Part shown: positions 18,628 through 28,248 of the stretch, piece after piece
How positions within the stretch are numbered: position 1 is the first letter of the stretch
How the letters are laid out: every line of letters starts with the position of its first letter
The notes under the pieces: generated by a model
Seen by the model: the letters and a program-made list of their open reading frames with translations, nothing else
What the model was told of the DNA's origin: nothing
The model's database searches: none
Program-made: the position numbers and the translations under genes
Assembly: GCA_002721465.1 (NCBI GenBank)
Contig: PBKO01000011.1
Coordinates: 6,332-60,955 of the forward strand
DNA length: 54,624 bases
From: Gammaproteobacteria bacterium
GTDB lineage: Bacteria; Pseudomonadota; Gammaproteobacteria; Magnimaribacterales; D2472
Direction: 5' to 3'

Positions 18628-21054
18628 ATGTCAAAGATAAAAAGAAATTTTCTTATTGCAATTCTTGTTGCTTTTCAGAGTCACATTAAGAGTGATCTCG
18701 TAAATGAGGAAATTTTAAAAATTAATAAATTAGACAATGCTGTCTCATGTTTTATTTATGAGCCATATCTTGGAATTGTAAATAATATTGAAGATCTTGA
18801 AATTAAATCTGAGAAATTTGAAATTACTGATGATGAAATTCTCATCCTTAATGGAGACGTTGAATTAGATTTTCCTGATGGTTTGTTGAATTCACAAAAA
18901 GTTAGAGTAGACAAAGACAGAGGATATGTAGATTTTAAAAGGCAGGGTCAAATATTTTTTAAAGATTATTTTTTTAAAGCTGAAGAAGGAACTTTCAGCA
19001 GAGATGATGGTTATATTAATTTAAAAAATGGGGAAGCATTTTTAAATTCAAGAAATTTAATCATAAGCTTTGAAGAGCTTGATGGGGACTTGGATGATAA
19101 AATTAATCTTTCTAATGTTCAAATGACTTCGTGCTTAGACTCAACAAATGGTTGGGCTATTAATGCTGGCAAAGTATCACTTGATGAATCAACAAAAAGA
19201 GGAATTGCAAGAAACGTAAGAATAAAGATTCTTGATAAGTCCCTAATCAAATTACCTGTCCTTCCTTTTGCTACATCTAATGAGAATATGTCAGGATTTT
19301 TAGAGCCTACACTATCATACTCATCAGATGGATTAGATTTTGTAATTCCTTATTACAAAACTATATCGAAAAGAAGTGATATAACTATTGCTGCCAGAAA
19401 TATCTCTGAAAGAGGTTCTGGAATTGAAACAAATTACAGAAATCTGCATGGTAAGAAGAACAACCTTCGTAATATAGATCTAATTTATTTTAATAGTGAT
19501 AAAGAACATAAAAAAATGTACCCAAGTCAATCTGATGCAAGATGGGCTTTTAGCGTAAAAGATTCATATTTAGACAAAAAAACCCTATGGATAGACTTAG
19601 ATTGGTCAAAGGCTTCGGATGATTTGGTTTTGAGAGACATATCTGGTGAAATAACTTCGATTGGTTCCCAAAGAGAGCAAAATTTGAGACAAAACATTTC
19701 AATTAACGGTATATACAAAAATGTTGAATTTAAAATTTCTCACAATGGATTTCAGAGCCTTAATCCAATACTAACAAATGGGTACAAAACATTACCATCA
19801 ATAAACATAAAATATTATAAAAGTCTTAAAGGATTTTCTATTGAAGAGAACTTAAATTTGTCTGTATTTAAAGCGGATGATGTTCATGGCTTTTATGGGT
19901 ATCAAAATAAAAGTAATCAGTTTCCATTTTTTATAGATCCTGTAGAAGGATCAAGGGTATTCTCTGATTTCAAAATTTATAAAAGTTTTAACTTAAACAC
20001 ATTAAATATCTATTCTGGATTGGGATTAAAAAGTATTAACTATAATCTTGATAATTCACAGCAATCTCAATCAGTAAGTATTCCTAATTTAATTGTTGAC
20101 ATCAATACTATATTTTATAAGAAGAATAAGATGGATATTCATTTATTGAAGCCAAGATTAATCATTGGATATGTAGGATATAAAAATCAAGATTCAAATC
20201 CAATTTTTGACACAAATAAAATTTCGATGATTAATCAATTATCTAATATAAATCGGTTTTCTGGGATGGACAGAATTGGTGACCAAAAATTTTATACTTT
20301 AAATTTGGAATATAAAAAAAGAATGATGCATATGGATAAAATATCGTTATCTGTTTCAAAAAAGTTTTACCTTGAGGATAGAAAGGTATTTCTTGATAGC
20401 ATGCATATGTCAAATGATCCTATGAGCCAAATGAATATGGCTATGATGAATATGTCATCTCAAATGAATGGAATGATGGATATGTCTCAAATGGGTGGAA
20501 TGATGAAGATGCCAATGGATGAAGGGCCAGTTATGATAATGGGCAAGTGGATGCCTAGTATGAAAACAATGATTATGTCGTATACAAGCTATATTGAGGA
20601 ATCAAATAAGATCCCAGTGGGGGGCATTACTATTAATCATAAATTTAAGTCTGCTTCCATGGGTTATGCGAAGAGATACACAAGAATGTCAGGCGACTTT
20701 GGAGTTACTTTGGATTATTCAGAATTATTTACAGACATCAAAATAAAAAATAAAGTTAGCCTAATTGCGAAAATTAAATATGACGATGAAGCAAGCAAAA
20801 AAATTGAATCAATTTTTGGTATTGGTTATGAAAATTGTTGTATTGCAGTGAGGTTAACCACTTCTGACAAAAATCTCTCAAAATATTTAGATAATTTTGA
20901 ATCAACTTCATATGATTTTTTAAATGAAGCATGGAATAATGTTATAGAAATTGAAAATAAGAGTAGAGTTAATTTTCAATTTGAATTTAAAGGTTTAAAC
21001 TCAACTTTTGAAAAGGCAGGAAAAGCATTAAATAACTCTATTCTAAAATATTAA
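18628..21054 (+). CDS. lptD: LPS assembly outer-membrane protein LptD with Met-rich insert
   Basis: 808 aa; TSC, SGFLEP, PYY, NRFSGMDRIGD, YENCC, FQFEFKGL; upstream of surA-pdxA-rsmA. Confidence 0.9.
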   Translation: MSKIKRNFLIAILVAFQSHIKSDLVNEEILKINKLDNAVSCFIYEPYLGIVNNIEDLEIKSEKFEITDDEILILNGDVELDFPDGLLNSQKVRVDKDRGYVDFKRQGQIFFKDYFFKAEEGTFSRDDGYINLKNGEAFLNSRNLIISFEELDGDLDDKINLSNVQMTSCLDSTNGWAINAGKVSLDESTKRGIARNVRIKILDKSLIKLPVLPFATSNENMSGFLEPTLSYSSDGLDFVIPYYKTISKRSDITIAARNISERGSGIETNYRNLHGKKNNLRNIDLIYFNSDKEHKKMYPSQSDARWAFSVKDSYLDKKTLWIDLDWSKASDDLVLRDISGEITSIGSQREQNLRQNISINGIYKNVEFKISHNGFQSLNPILTNGYKTLPSINIKYYKSLKGFSIEENLNLSVFKADDVHGFYGYQNKSNQFPFFIDPVEGSRVFSDFKIYKSFNLNTLNIYSGLGLKSINYNLDNSQQSQSVSIPNLIVDINTIFYKKNKMDIHLLKPRLIIGYVGYKNQDSNPIFDTNKISMINQLSNINRFSGMDRIGDQKFYTLNLEYKKRMMHMDKISLSVSKKFYLEDRKVFLDSMHMSNDPMSQMNMAMMNMSSQMNGMMDMSQMGGMMKMPMDEGPVMIMGKWMPSMKTMIMSYTSYIEESNKIPVGGITINHKFKSASMGYAKRYTRMSGDFGVTLDYSELFTDIKIKNKVSLIAKIKYDDEASKKIESIFGIGYENCCIAVRLTTSDKNLSKYLDNFESTSYDFLNEAWNNVIEIENKSRVNFQFEFKGLNSTFEKAGKALNNSILKY
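20458..20511 (+). repeat. 27-bp imperfect tandem repeat (2 copies) inside lptD
   Basis: TCTCAAATGAATGGAATGATGGATATG / TCTCAAATGGGTGGAATGATGAAGATG, 23/27 identical, encoding SQMNGMMDM / SQMGGMMKM; a degenerate third unit (SQMNMAMMNM) precedes. Confidence 0.85.
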
Positions 21055-21056
21055 TT

Positions 21057-22301
21057 ATGAATAAAATTTTAATATCATTTATCTATTTAGTATCTACTTT
21101 ACAAATATTTGCTGAGACAGTGATACTCGATCGCATTGCTATTATTGTCGATGACGGTGTTGTTATGGAATCGCAAATCAAAAGTAGCATTGTCAAAATC
21201 AATCAAAGATATGAAGATCAAAATATACCTAAGCCTCCATTGGATGTTGTTGAAGAAAATGTTAAAGAACAATTAATAATAGAAGAGTTGCAACTTCAAC
21301 TTGCAGATAGAGCTGGAGTAAGAATCAGTGATGCTGAGTTGAATGTCACAGTAGAAAGATTGGCTAGAAATAATCAAATGAGCTTAGAAGAGTTCATTTC
21401 ATTTATTGAAAATAGTGGAGATTCCTACGAAGACTTGAGAGATGATATTCGAAAAGAAATGAGGATTCAGAGAATCCAAAGAGGACGGGTAAACTCAACA
21501 ATCGATATCACTGAAAAAGAATTTGATGCATTTTTAGCTACAGATGATTCTCTTGATGCCCTTCAACCTGAACTATTAGTTAGACAAATCTTGGTGAAAG
21601 ATAAAAGTACTGCTGACAATGTCATTGATCAGATAAATAAAAACATTGAATTTTCTGATTTGGCAAAACAATACTCACTAAGTGCAACTGCTCAAAATGG
21701 TGGACTTATGTCCTGGAAAAGACTTAATGAAATGCCGGTGTTATATGAGAATGCTCTTGATAAAAAATCTGTGGGTTATATTTCTGAGCCACTAGAAAGT
21801 GGATCAGGATTTCATATTTTAAAACTCGAAGATAAAAAAGGTGATTTTGTGCAATTTCAAGATCAATGGAAATCAAGACATATTCTTTTAATGCCCACTG
21901 CAATTAGAGACGATGAAGAAACTGAAAGACTTTTAAATGAAATTAGAGACAGAATTATCTCTGGTGAAGACTTTGGTGTTCTAGCAGATGAATTTTCAGA
22001 AGATCCAGGTTCAGCAAAGCTTGGAGGTGATCTAGGTTGGTTAGGCCAAGGAGTCCTAGCAGACAAATTTGAAGAAACAATGCTTGCCTCAGAAATTAAT
22101 GAGATTTCTGAAGTATTTAAAACAGAATTTGGTTATCACTTTCTTGAAGTTTTAGAAAAAAGGAATCATGAGCTTACAAATGAATTAATTGAGGAGAGAG
22201 CATATCAAGTATTATATTCAAGAAAATTTGATGAAGAGCTAGATAATACTCTAAGAACAATGCGTGCTGAGGCTTTTGTTGAATTCAAAGAATTAGATTG
22301 A
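21057..22301 (+). CDS. surA: Periplasmic chaperone/PPIase SurA
   Basis: Signal peptide, LDRIAIIVDDGVV, two parvulin domains (GGLMSW; HILL..SEDPGS..GGDLGW..FGYH). Confidence 0.95.
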   Translation: MNKILISFIYLVSTLQIFAETVILDRIAIIVDDGVVMESQIKSSIVKINQRYEDQNIPKPPLDVVEENVKEQLIIEELQLQLADRAGVRISDAELNVTVERLARNNQMSLEEFISFIENSGDSYEDLRDDIRKEMRIQRIQRGRVNSTIDITEKEFDAFLATDDSLDALQPELLVRQILVKDKSTADNVIDQINKNIEFSDLAKQYSLSATAQNGGLMSWKRLNEMPVLYENALDKKSVGYISEPLESGSGFHILKLEDKKGDFVQFQDQWKSRHILLMPTAIRDDEETERLLNEIRDRIISGEDFGVLADEFSEDPGSAKLGGDLGWLGQGVLADKFEETMLASEINEISEVFKTEFGYHFLEVLEKRNHELTNELIEERAYQVLYSRKFDEELDNTLRTMRAEAFVEFKELD

Positions 22302-23281
22302 AAAAAATAATTTATTCTCCTGGTGAACCTGCCGGTATTGGTCCTGACATAATAATTAAATTATGTTGCTCTAACTCATGGGAAAAATATAAATCATCAA
22401 TAGTCTCAATTGGAGATCCTGAATTATTTATTAGAAGAGCTAAATTATTAAAAAAGAAACTAAAAATAGTTGAAGCTAATTCGTTAGAAGATTTAAAAAA
22501 AAATAAAAAAAATATTCTTCAAATAATCAAAGTATCCAAATGTAAAAATTATCAAGCAGGTGGTCTATCAGCTAACAATGCAGAATATGTAATAGATAAC
22601 TTAGACTATGCAATTGATCAAACACTAAATATAGACAAAGTAGCACTTGTTACCGGCCCTATTAGTAAAGAAAATATTACCTCAATCATTAAGAATTTTT
22701 CAGGTCATACTGAATATATTATGCAAAATACTAAAAGCAAAGATGTACTTATGATGCTTGCGTCTCCAAAATTGAAAGTGGCACTAGCAACTACCCATGT
22801 TCCTTTAAAAAAAGTATCTAAAATGATAAAAAAAGAATTAATTGTTAATAAAATTAAGATACTTAATAACGAACTTAAAAATAAATTTAATATTAAAAAA
22901 CCAAAAATAAGAATACTTGGCCTTAATCCTCATGCTGGTGAAAATGGAAAAATAGGCACAGAGGAATTAGATCATATTAAACCTGCTGTGAGGATCCTCA
23001 AGAAAAATAATATAGATGTTTCTTATCCAATTTCTGCTGATACTGCATTTTCTATTGGCCTATTAAAAGAGACAGACGCATATCTTGGAATGTACCATGA
23101 TCAAGTGCTTCCGGTATTAAAAGCTTTAAGTTTTGGCAACTCAATTAATATTACTCTTGGTATTCCAATTATTAGAACATCTGTAGATCATGGTGTAGCC
23201 CTTGATATTGCTGGAACATCAAAATCAAATTCATCCTCTTTAGATCTCGCAATTAAAACAGCAATAAGATTGACTAAATGA
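22298..23281 (+). CDS. pdxA: 4-hydroxythreonine-4-phosphate dehydrogenase
   Basis: GEPAGIGPD, GHTE, GLNPHAGE, MYHDQ, RTSVDHG. Confidence 0.96.
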   Translation: MKKIIYSPGEPAGIGPDIIIKLCCSNSWEKYKSSIVSIGDPELFIRRAKLLKKKLKIVEANSLEDLKKNKKNILQIIKVSKCKNYQAGGLSANNAEYVIDNLDYAIDQTLNIDKVALVTGPISKENITSIIKNFSGHTEYIMQNTKSKDVLMMLASPKLKVALATTHVPLKKVSKMIKKELIVNKIKILNNELKNKFNIKKPKIRILGLNPHAGENGKIGTEELDHIKPAVRILKKNNIDVSYPISADTAFSIGLLKETDAYLGMYHDQVLPVLKALSFGNSINITLGIPIIRTSVDHGVALDIAGTSKSNSSSLDLAIKTAIRLTK

Positions 23282-24045
23282 ACTCTAGAGACCTAAGACG
23301 TAAATATGGTCAAAACTATTTAAAAGATAAGGCTATTTTATTCGAAATGGGCGAAGCAATAGCTCCGAGAGAACATGATAATTTTATTGAGATTGGTCCT
23401 GGTTTGGGTGCCCTCACCGATCAAATTAATATAGAAAAAATAAATGTTACATGTATTGAAATAGATGCAAAAAATATTGAATATTTAAGAAAGAAGTATG
23501 ATGGTCCTGCTAGCTTTAAATTCATAAATGAAAATATATTAGATTTTAATTTAGATGATGAAGTTAGTAACTACAGATTAATTGGTAATTTGCCATACAA
23601 TATCTCGACTCAAATAATGTTGAAGTTTATTGAAAATTACAAAAATATTTATGACATGCATTTCTTAGTTCAAAAAGAAGTTGCTGAAAAAGTCACTGGG
23701 AATGTTTCAACCAAAAATTGGGGAAAGTTAGCATTAAAAATTTCTGCTTTTTTTGACAGTGAAGTTCTGTTTGATGTTCCACCAGAATCATTTGATATTA
23801 AGCCTAATGTAAATTCAAGTTTTATAAGGCTCTTGCCAAAAAAAAACATAAATTATGATTTAGAAATCAAATCAGATCTTTACAATATAATTGATTCAGC
23901 CTTTATGTCTCGAAGAAAAAATATAAAGAATAATTTAAAAAATCTTAATATTAATTGGAATGAAGTTGATATAAATCCAAATAAAAGATCTGAAGAATTA
24001 TCAACACAAGATTTTATCTATTTAGCTAAAAGTTTAAAAAAATAA
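23278..24045 (+). CDS. rsmA: 16S rRNA adenine dimethyltransferase (KsgA)
   Basis: GQNYL, EIGPGLGALT, GNLPYNIST, QKEVAE. Confidence 0.96.
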   Translation: MNSRDLRRKYGQNYLKDKAILFEMGEAIAPREHDNFIEIGPGLGALTDQINIEKINVTCIEIDAKNIEYLRKKYDGPASFKFINENILDFNLDDEVSNYRLIGNLPYNISTQIMLKFIENYKNIYDMHFLVQKEVAEKVTGNVSTKNWGKLALKISAFFDSEVLFDVPPESFDIKPNVNSSFIRLLPKKNINYDLEIKSDLYNIIDSAFMSRRKNIKNNLKNLNINWNEVDINPNKRSEELSTQDFIYLAKSLKK

Positions 24046-24852
24046 ATGTCACACTATGTAGTTGGAGATGTTCAAGGTTGCTTTGATGAGCTAATTTCTT
24101 TGTGTAAAAAAATAAAATTTAATCCAAATAAAGATAAGTTAATATTTGCAGGAGATTTTGTTAATAGAGGCCCAAAATCTCTCGAAGTTTTAGAATTTTG
24201 TATTCAAAACAAAAGGTCTGTTTCTGGTGTTCTTGGTAATCATGATTTTTATTTGTTATATCTGATTGAGCACAAAAAAAGAAATAAATCATTAAAACCT
24301 ATTCTTGAATCTAAAAATGTAAATAGAATTTTTAAGTGGTTACGCAAGCAACCCCTTGTTCAAAAGATTAAAATTAATAAATCTAAAGAGGTCTTTTATA
24401 TTGTTCATGCTGGCATTCCATTTTTTTGGAGTCTAAAAACTGCAAAAAAACTTTCAAATGAGTTGCAGGGAGTATTAAAAAAAGATTCCTATAATATTTT
24501 AAAAAAAATGTGGGGTGATTCACCCTCGAGATGGAAAGCAAGCTTAGAAGGTTATAAAAGATATAGAACTATAATTAATTATTTCACTCGAATGCGATAT
24601 CTTGATGTCAATGGGAATCTAAAGTTAAAGAAAAAAGATCTAAAAAAGGAAAAAAATCATATACCCTGGTTTCAACAAACTATAATTAATTTGAAACCAA
24701 AAGAATTTATAGTTTTTGGTCACTGGGCAGCTTTAAATGGTAAGACAAAATTTAAAAATATAATTGGTCTAGATACTGGTTGTGTATGGGGTAAAAAACT
24801 AACAGCAATTAGATTAGAGGATAAAAAGATATTTCAAGTTAATAAATTATGA
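24046..24852 (+). CDS. apaH: Symmetrical bis(5'-nucleosyl)-tetraphosphatase
   Basis: GDVQGC, GDFVNRGP, LGNHD, VHAG, TRMR, FGHWAAL, LDTGCVWG. Confidence 0.95.
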   Translation: MSHYVVGDVQGCFDELISLCKKIKFNPNKDKLIFAGDFVNRGPKSLEVLEFCIQNKRSVSGVLGNHDFYLLYLIEHKKRNKSLKPILESKNVNRIFKWLRKQPLVQKIKINKSKEVFYIVHAGIPFFWSLKTAKKLSNELQGVLKKDSYNILKKMWGDSPSRWKASLEGYKRYRTIINYFTRMRYLDVNGNLKLKKKDLKKEKNHIPWFQQTIINLKPKEFIVFGHWAALNGKTKFKNIIGLDTGCVWGKKLTAIRLEDKKIFQVNKL

Positions 24853-25868
24853 AAATATACAAAGTTGGTGGTGCTGTAAGAGACGGTCTTTTGGGTGTAA
24901 AGGCAAAAGATAACGATTGGGTTGTTGTTGGTTCCTCACCAGATGAAATGATCTCAGAGGGCTTTAAACCTATAGGAAAAGACTTTCCAGTATTCTTACA
25001 CCCTGAAACTAAAGAGGAATACGCATTAGCCAGAACTGAGAGAAAGTCAGGTACTGGTTACCATGGTTTTACATTTTATTTTGGGAAAGAAGTTACCTTA
25101 GAAGAAGATTTATCGAGGAGAGATTTTACAATAAATGCAATGGCTCAAGATGAAAATAATAATATTATTGATCCACTAAATGGTCAGATTGATCTGCAGA
25201 ATCAAATTTTTAAACATGCATCTGAAGCATTTTCAGAAGATCCACTCAGGGCTATTAGGTTGGCAAGATTTTTTACATATGATCACCTGAAAGATTTTAG
25301 TATTAATAGTTCAACAATTGATAAAGTTAATCAAATTGTCTCATCAAATGAAATATCAAAACTTTCATCTGAAAGAGTTTGGATAGAAACATCAAGGGCG
25401 TTATGCAGTTCTAATCCCAGTAATTATTTTGAAAAAATTATTTCCTTGGATTTAATAAAGCCCTTTTTTGAGAATCTAAAAATAGCACATTGTCATAGTC
25501 ATTCAGACACTGAAATCAGATGGTCAGAGCTTCAAATAAATAATCATTTTAAATTAGGCAACAAAATACCTATCCCAAATGAATATAAAAATGCATCTAG
25601 TGTGCTAAAAAGTATTTCAAAAATTACTAATAATGTTGAAGAAAGTCATTTAATTAAAATTATTAAAGATACTCAATTTAAAAGAAATAAAGAGCTTATT
25701 GACAAGCTGCTAACGCTTCCGTGTTTGTCAAAAAATAAAGATTACGTGTCTAGTATTGCTGACGAACTAAACAATACCGATTTTTCTTTCCTTTCAGGTA
25801 TACCAAAAGAGAAAGTTGAGACAGAAAAGTCTAAAATATACAAAGAAATACTTAAAAAGTTTATATGA
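24849..25868 (+). CDS. cca: tRNA nucleotidyltransferase, short form lacking the HD domain
   Basis: VGGAVRD, DNDWVV, GKDFPVFLHP, ALARTE, RRDFTINAMA, EDPLR. Confidence 0.93.
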   Translation: MKIYKVGGAVRDGLLGVKAKDNDWVVVGSSPDEMISEGFKPIGKDFPVFLHPETKEEYALARTERKSGTGYHGFTFYFGKEVTLEEDLSRRDFTINAMAQDENNNIIDPLNGQIDLQNQIFKHASEAFSEDPLRAIRLARFFTYDHLKDFSINSSTIDKVNQIVSSNEISKLSSERVWIETSRALCSSNPSNYFEKIISLDLIKPFFENLKIAHCHSHSDTEIRWSELQINNHFKLGNKIPIPNEYKNASSVLKSISKITNNVEESHLIKIIKDTQFKRNKELIDKLLTLPCLSKNKDYVSSIADELNNTDFSFLSGIPKEKVETEKSKIYKEILKKFI

Positions 25869-26590
25869 GCAAAACTATATTTATTACAGGAGCAGCAAAA
25901 AGAATAGGAAAGGAAATTGCTCTTACCTATAAAGAATTGGGATGGAATATTATTATTCATTACAATTCGTCAAAAAAAGATGCCGAAGATCTTGCTGATT
26001 TTATTAATAAAGATAACCCTGATTCTGCAAAAACTGTAAAGGGTAATTTAGATATCAAAGAAGATGTCGAAAAAATATTAACTGATATAGATGGAATGTT
26101 CCCTTCATTAGATTTACTAATAAATAATGCTTCAACCTTCTACCCTACTCCAATTGAAGAGGTATCTGAAGACCATTGGAATAAGCTAATTGGTAGCAAT
26201 TTAAAAGGTCCTTTATTTTTAATACAAGGTGTAAAAGAAAAACTTAAAAAATCTAATGGTCAAGTGATTAATATTACTGATACAAACCTCTCTAGAGGTG
26301 TTGCAAATTATTCTATATATTCTGCTGCTAAGGCAGGCCTCGAGGCAATTACAAAGGGGCTTGCGAGAGAGCTCGCTCCTGAGATTAAAGTTAATGCAAT
26401 TGCTCCAGGAGCAATGCTTGAACCACCAGATGTTACATGGACAGAAGAACAAAAAAATAAAGTAATTAGCAGTATTCCTTTAAAAAGAATGGGTTCTGAA
26501 AAAGATATTGCCGAAGCTGTAAAATTCTTAGAAAGTTCAGACTATATTACGGGCCAAATTATTAAAGTTGATGGCGGAAGATCTTTGTAA
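25865..26590 (+). CDS. folM: Pteridine reductase (FolM-like SDR)
   Basis: TGAAKRIG, IHY, NNASTFYPT, YSAAK, NAIAPG; downstream of cca, near folBK. Confidence 0.8.
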   Translation: MSKTIFITGAAKRIGKEIALTYKELGWNIIIHYNSSKKDAEDLADFINKDNPDSAKTVKGNLDIKEDVEKILTDIDGMFPSLDLLINNASTFYPTPIEEVSEDHWNKLIGSNLKGPLFLIQGVKEKLKKSNGQVINITDTNLSRGVANYSIYSAAKAGLEAITKGLARELAPEIKVNAIAPGAMLEPPDVTWTEEQKNKVISSIPLKRMGSEKDIAEAVKFLESSDYITGQIIKVDGGRSL

Positions 26591-27639
26591 TGAAGGCTTT
26601 GGATGATGCAAAATTTTCTGGAACAAAGAAAGTTGATGAAAGCTTAAAAATTGAAGTTTCAAAATTACAACCTTGGATTGATGAGTTCGTCCCAAAAGCA
26701 GGAAAAATAAATTCCATTGAACAATTTAAAGGTGGTCAATCAAATCCAACATACAAAATTATTACGGAATCAAAAAGTCTTGTATTAAGGCGAAAGCCTC
26801 CTGGAAAACTGCTCCCTTCAGCACATGCAGTGGACAGAGAATATAAAGTAATTACTGCTTTGTATGAGACTGATGTTCCAGTTCCAAAAACATATGGGCT
26901 CTGTGAGGATAATGATGTTGCAGGTACAGAGTTTTTTCTCATGGACTTTTTAGATGGTGATCTATTTTGGGATCCAATGATTCCCTCTCTCAATAACAAA
27001 GATAGAGCAGAGATTTACAAAAATAAGAATAAAACCTTAGCCAAGCTTCACAGTATTGATTATAAAAAAATAGGACTCGAAGACTATGGTAAACCAGGTA
27101 ATTATGTTGCAAGACAGGTTTCAAGATGGTCTAAGCAATACAGGGCATCTGAAACTGACAATATTGAAGCAATGAATAATCTTATTGACTGGTTACCACA
27201 AAATATTCCTGATGATGATGAGACTTCGATTGTTCATGGTGATTACAGGTTAGATAATATGATTTTAAAAAATAATAAGGTAATGGGTATTCTCGACTGG
27301 GAACTATCTACACTTGGACATCCTATTGCAGACTTTAGCTATCATTGTCTATCTTGGAGAACTCAAGAGGCCTTTTGGGATCATGCTAAATTGAAAGAAC
27401 TTGGAGTTCCCTCAGAAAAAGAATATATGGAAATGTATTGTGAAAATTCAGGTAAAGACCTTTCAAAAAATTGGGAGTTTTATATGGCTTTTAATATGTT
27501 CAAAATTGCTGGAATACTTCAGGGGATTTTAGGAAGAGTAAGAGATGGAACCGCATCAAGCAAACACGCTGAGGATCGAGGCATGATGGTTTATCCTTTA
27601 TCAGAAGCAGCCTGGAAGACAATTAAAGAAAATTTCTAG
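26590..27639 (+). CDS. APH-family phosphotransferase, ACAD10/11 kinase-domain-like
   Basis: FKGGQSNPTY, LRRKPPGKLLPSAHAVDRE, VHGDYRLDN, LDWELSTLGHP. Confidence 0.9.
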   Translation: MKALDDAKFSGTKKVDESLKIEVSKLQPWIDEFVPKAGKINSIEQFKGGQSNPTYKIITESKSLVLRRKPPGKLLPSAHAVDREYKVITALYETDVPVPKTYGLCEDNDVAGTEFFLMDFLDGDLFWDPMIPSLNNKDRAEIYKNKNKTLAKLHSIDYKKIGLEDYGKPGNYVARQVSRWSKQYRASETDNIEAMNNLIDWLPQNIPDDDETSIVHGDYRLDNMILKNNKVMGILDWELSTLGHPIADFSYHCLSWRTQEAFWDHAKLKELGVPSEKEYMEMYCENSGKDLSKNWEFYMAFNMFKIAGILQGILGRVRDGTASSKHAEDRGMMVYPLSEAAWKTIKENF

Positions 27640-27642
27640 AAT

Positions 27643-28248
27643 TTATTTTTTTACAAAAAATAAAGTAATGCCTGATAATGAGGTAATTAGCGCAAGAATA
27701 GATAAAAGCTTAAATAGTATATTATTTATATTATCCCTTTCGCGGTAATCCATAATATGAAGTGACCACATTAGGTCCCAGATTCTCCAAGAATCACTTC
27801 TTATTGAACTAATATCACCTGTCATATATCCAACATATACATTTATCTTATCTTTTGTATCTGTCTTTACTTTATATGCAGGTAGAGACCCTCTATATTC
27901 AGAACCTTGTTTCACATCCTTAATAAATATGGCTTCTATGGGATTAAGGGTTGTTTTTTGCGATGTAATCAATAAGGCTTCTTGTTTAGTTAAAGGTTCG
28001 ATAGATTCTCTTTCAGGGTAAGTTTGATAAGACTTTTTACCATCTTTATTTGTCTCTATTAAAGTTAGTCCCAACCTATCAAAAATTCGATACTCTATGT
28101 CTTTAGGAAGTCGATATTGCTCGCCTCTTACCAACTCAATCTTATTGTAAGCAAAATAAATACCTGACACAGTCCACAATCACAATTGAATAGAAACAAA
28201 TATACTTAGGTATCTATGAAAATTTCTTGTGAATTTCTTTGCTCTCAT
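27643..28248 (-). pseudogene. PepSY-associated TM protein interrupted by one in-frame TGA (pseudogene or base error)
   Basis: From ATG 28248: MRAKKFTRNFHRYLSIFVSIQL*LWTVSGIYF..., TGA at 28180-28182, frame continues to 27643; C-terminal WRIWDLMWSLHIMDY plus a TM helix. Confidence 0.75.

Noticed and set aside
20401-20520. CRISPR-like or phase-variable repeat in lptD
   Set aside because: Units are in-frame, degenerate, spacer-less multiples of 3; treated as a coding repeat
28140-28182. Selenocysteine or genetic-code reassignment for the PepSY TGA
   Set aside because: No convincing SECIS hairpin downstream, the site is a TM Leu position, and TGA terminates several other genes here
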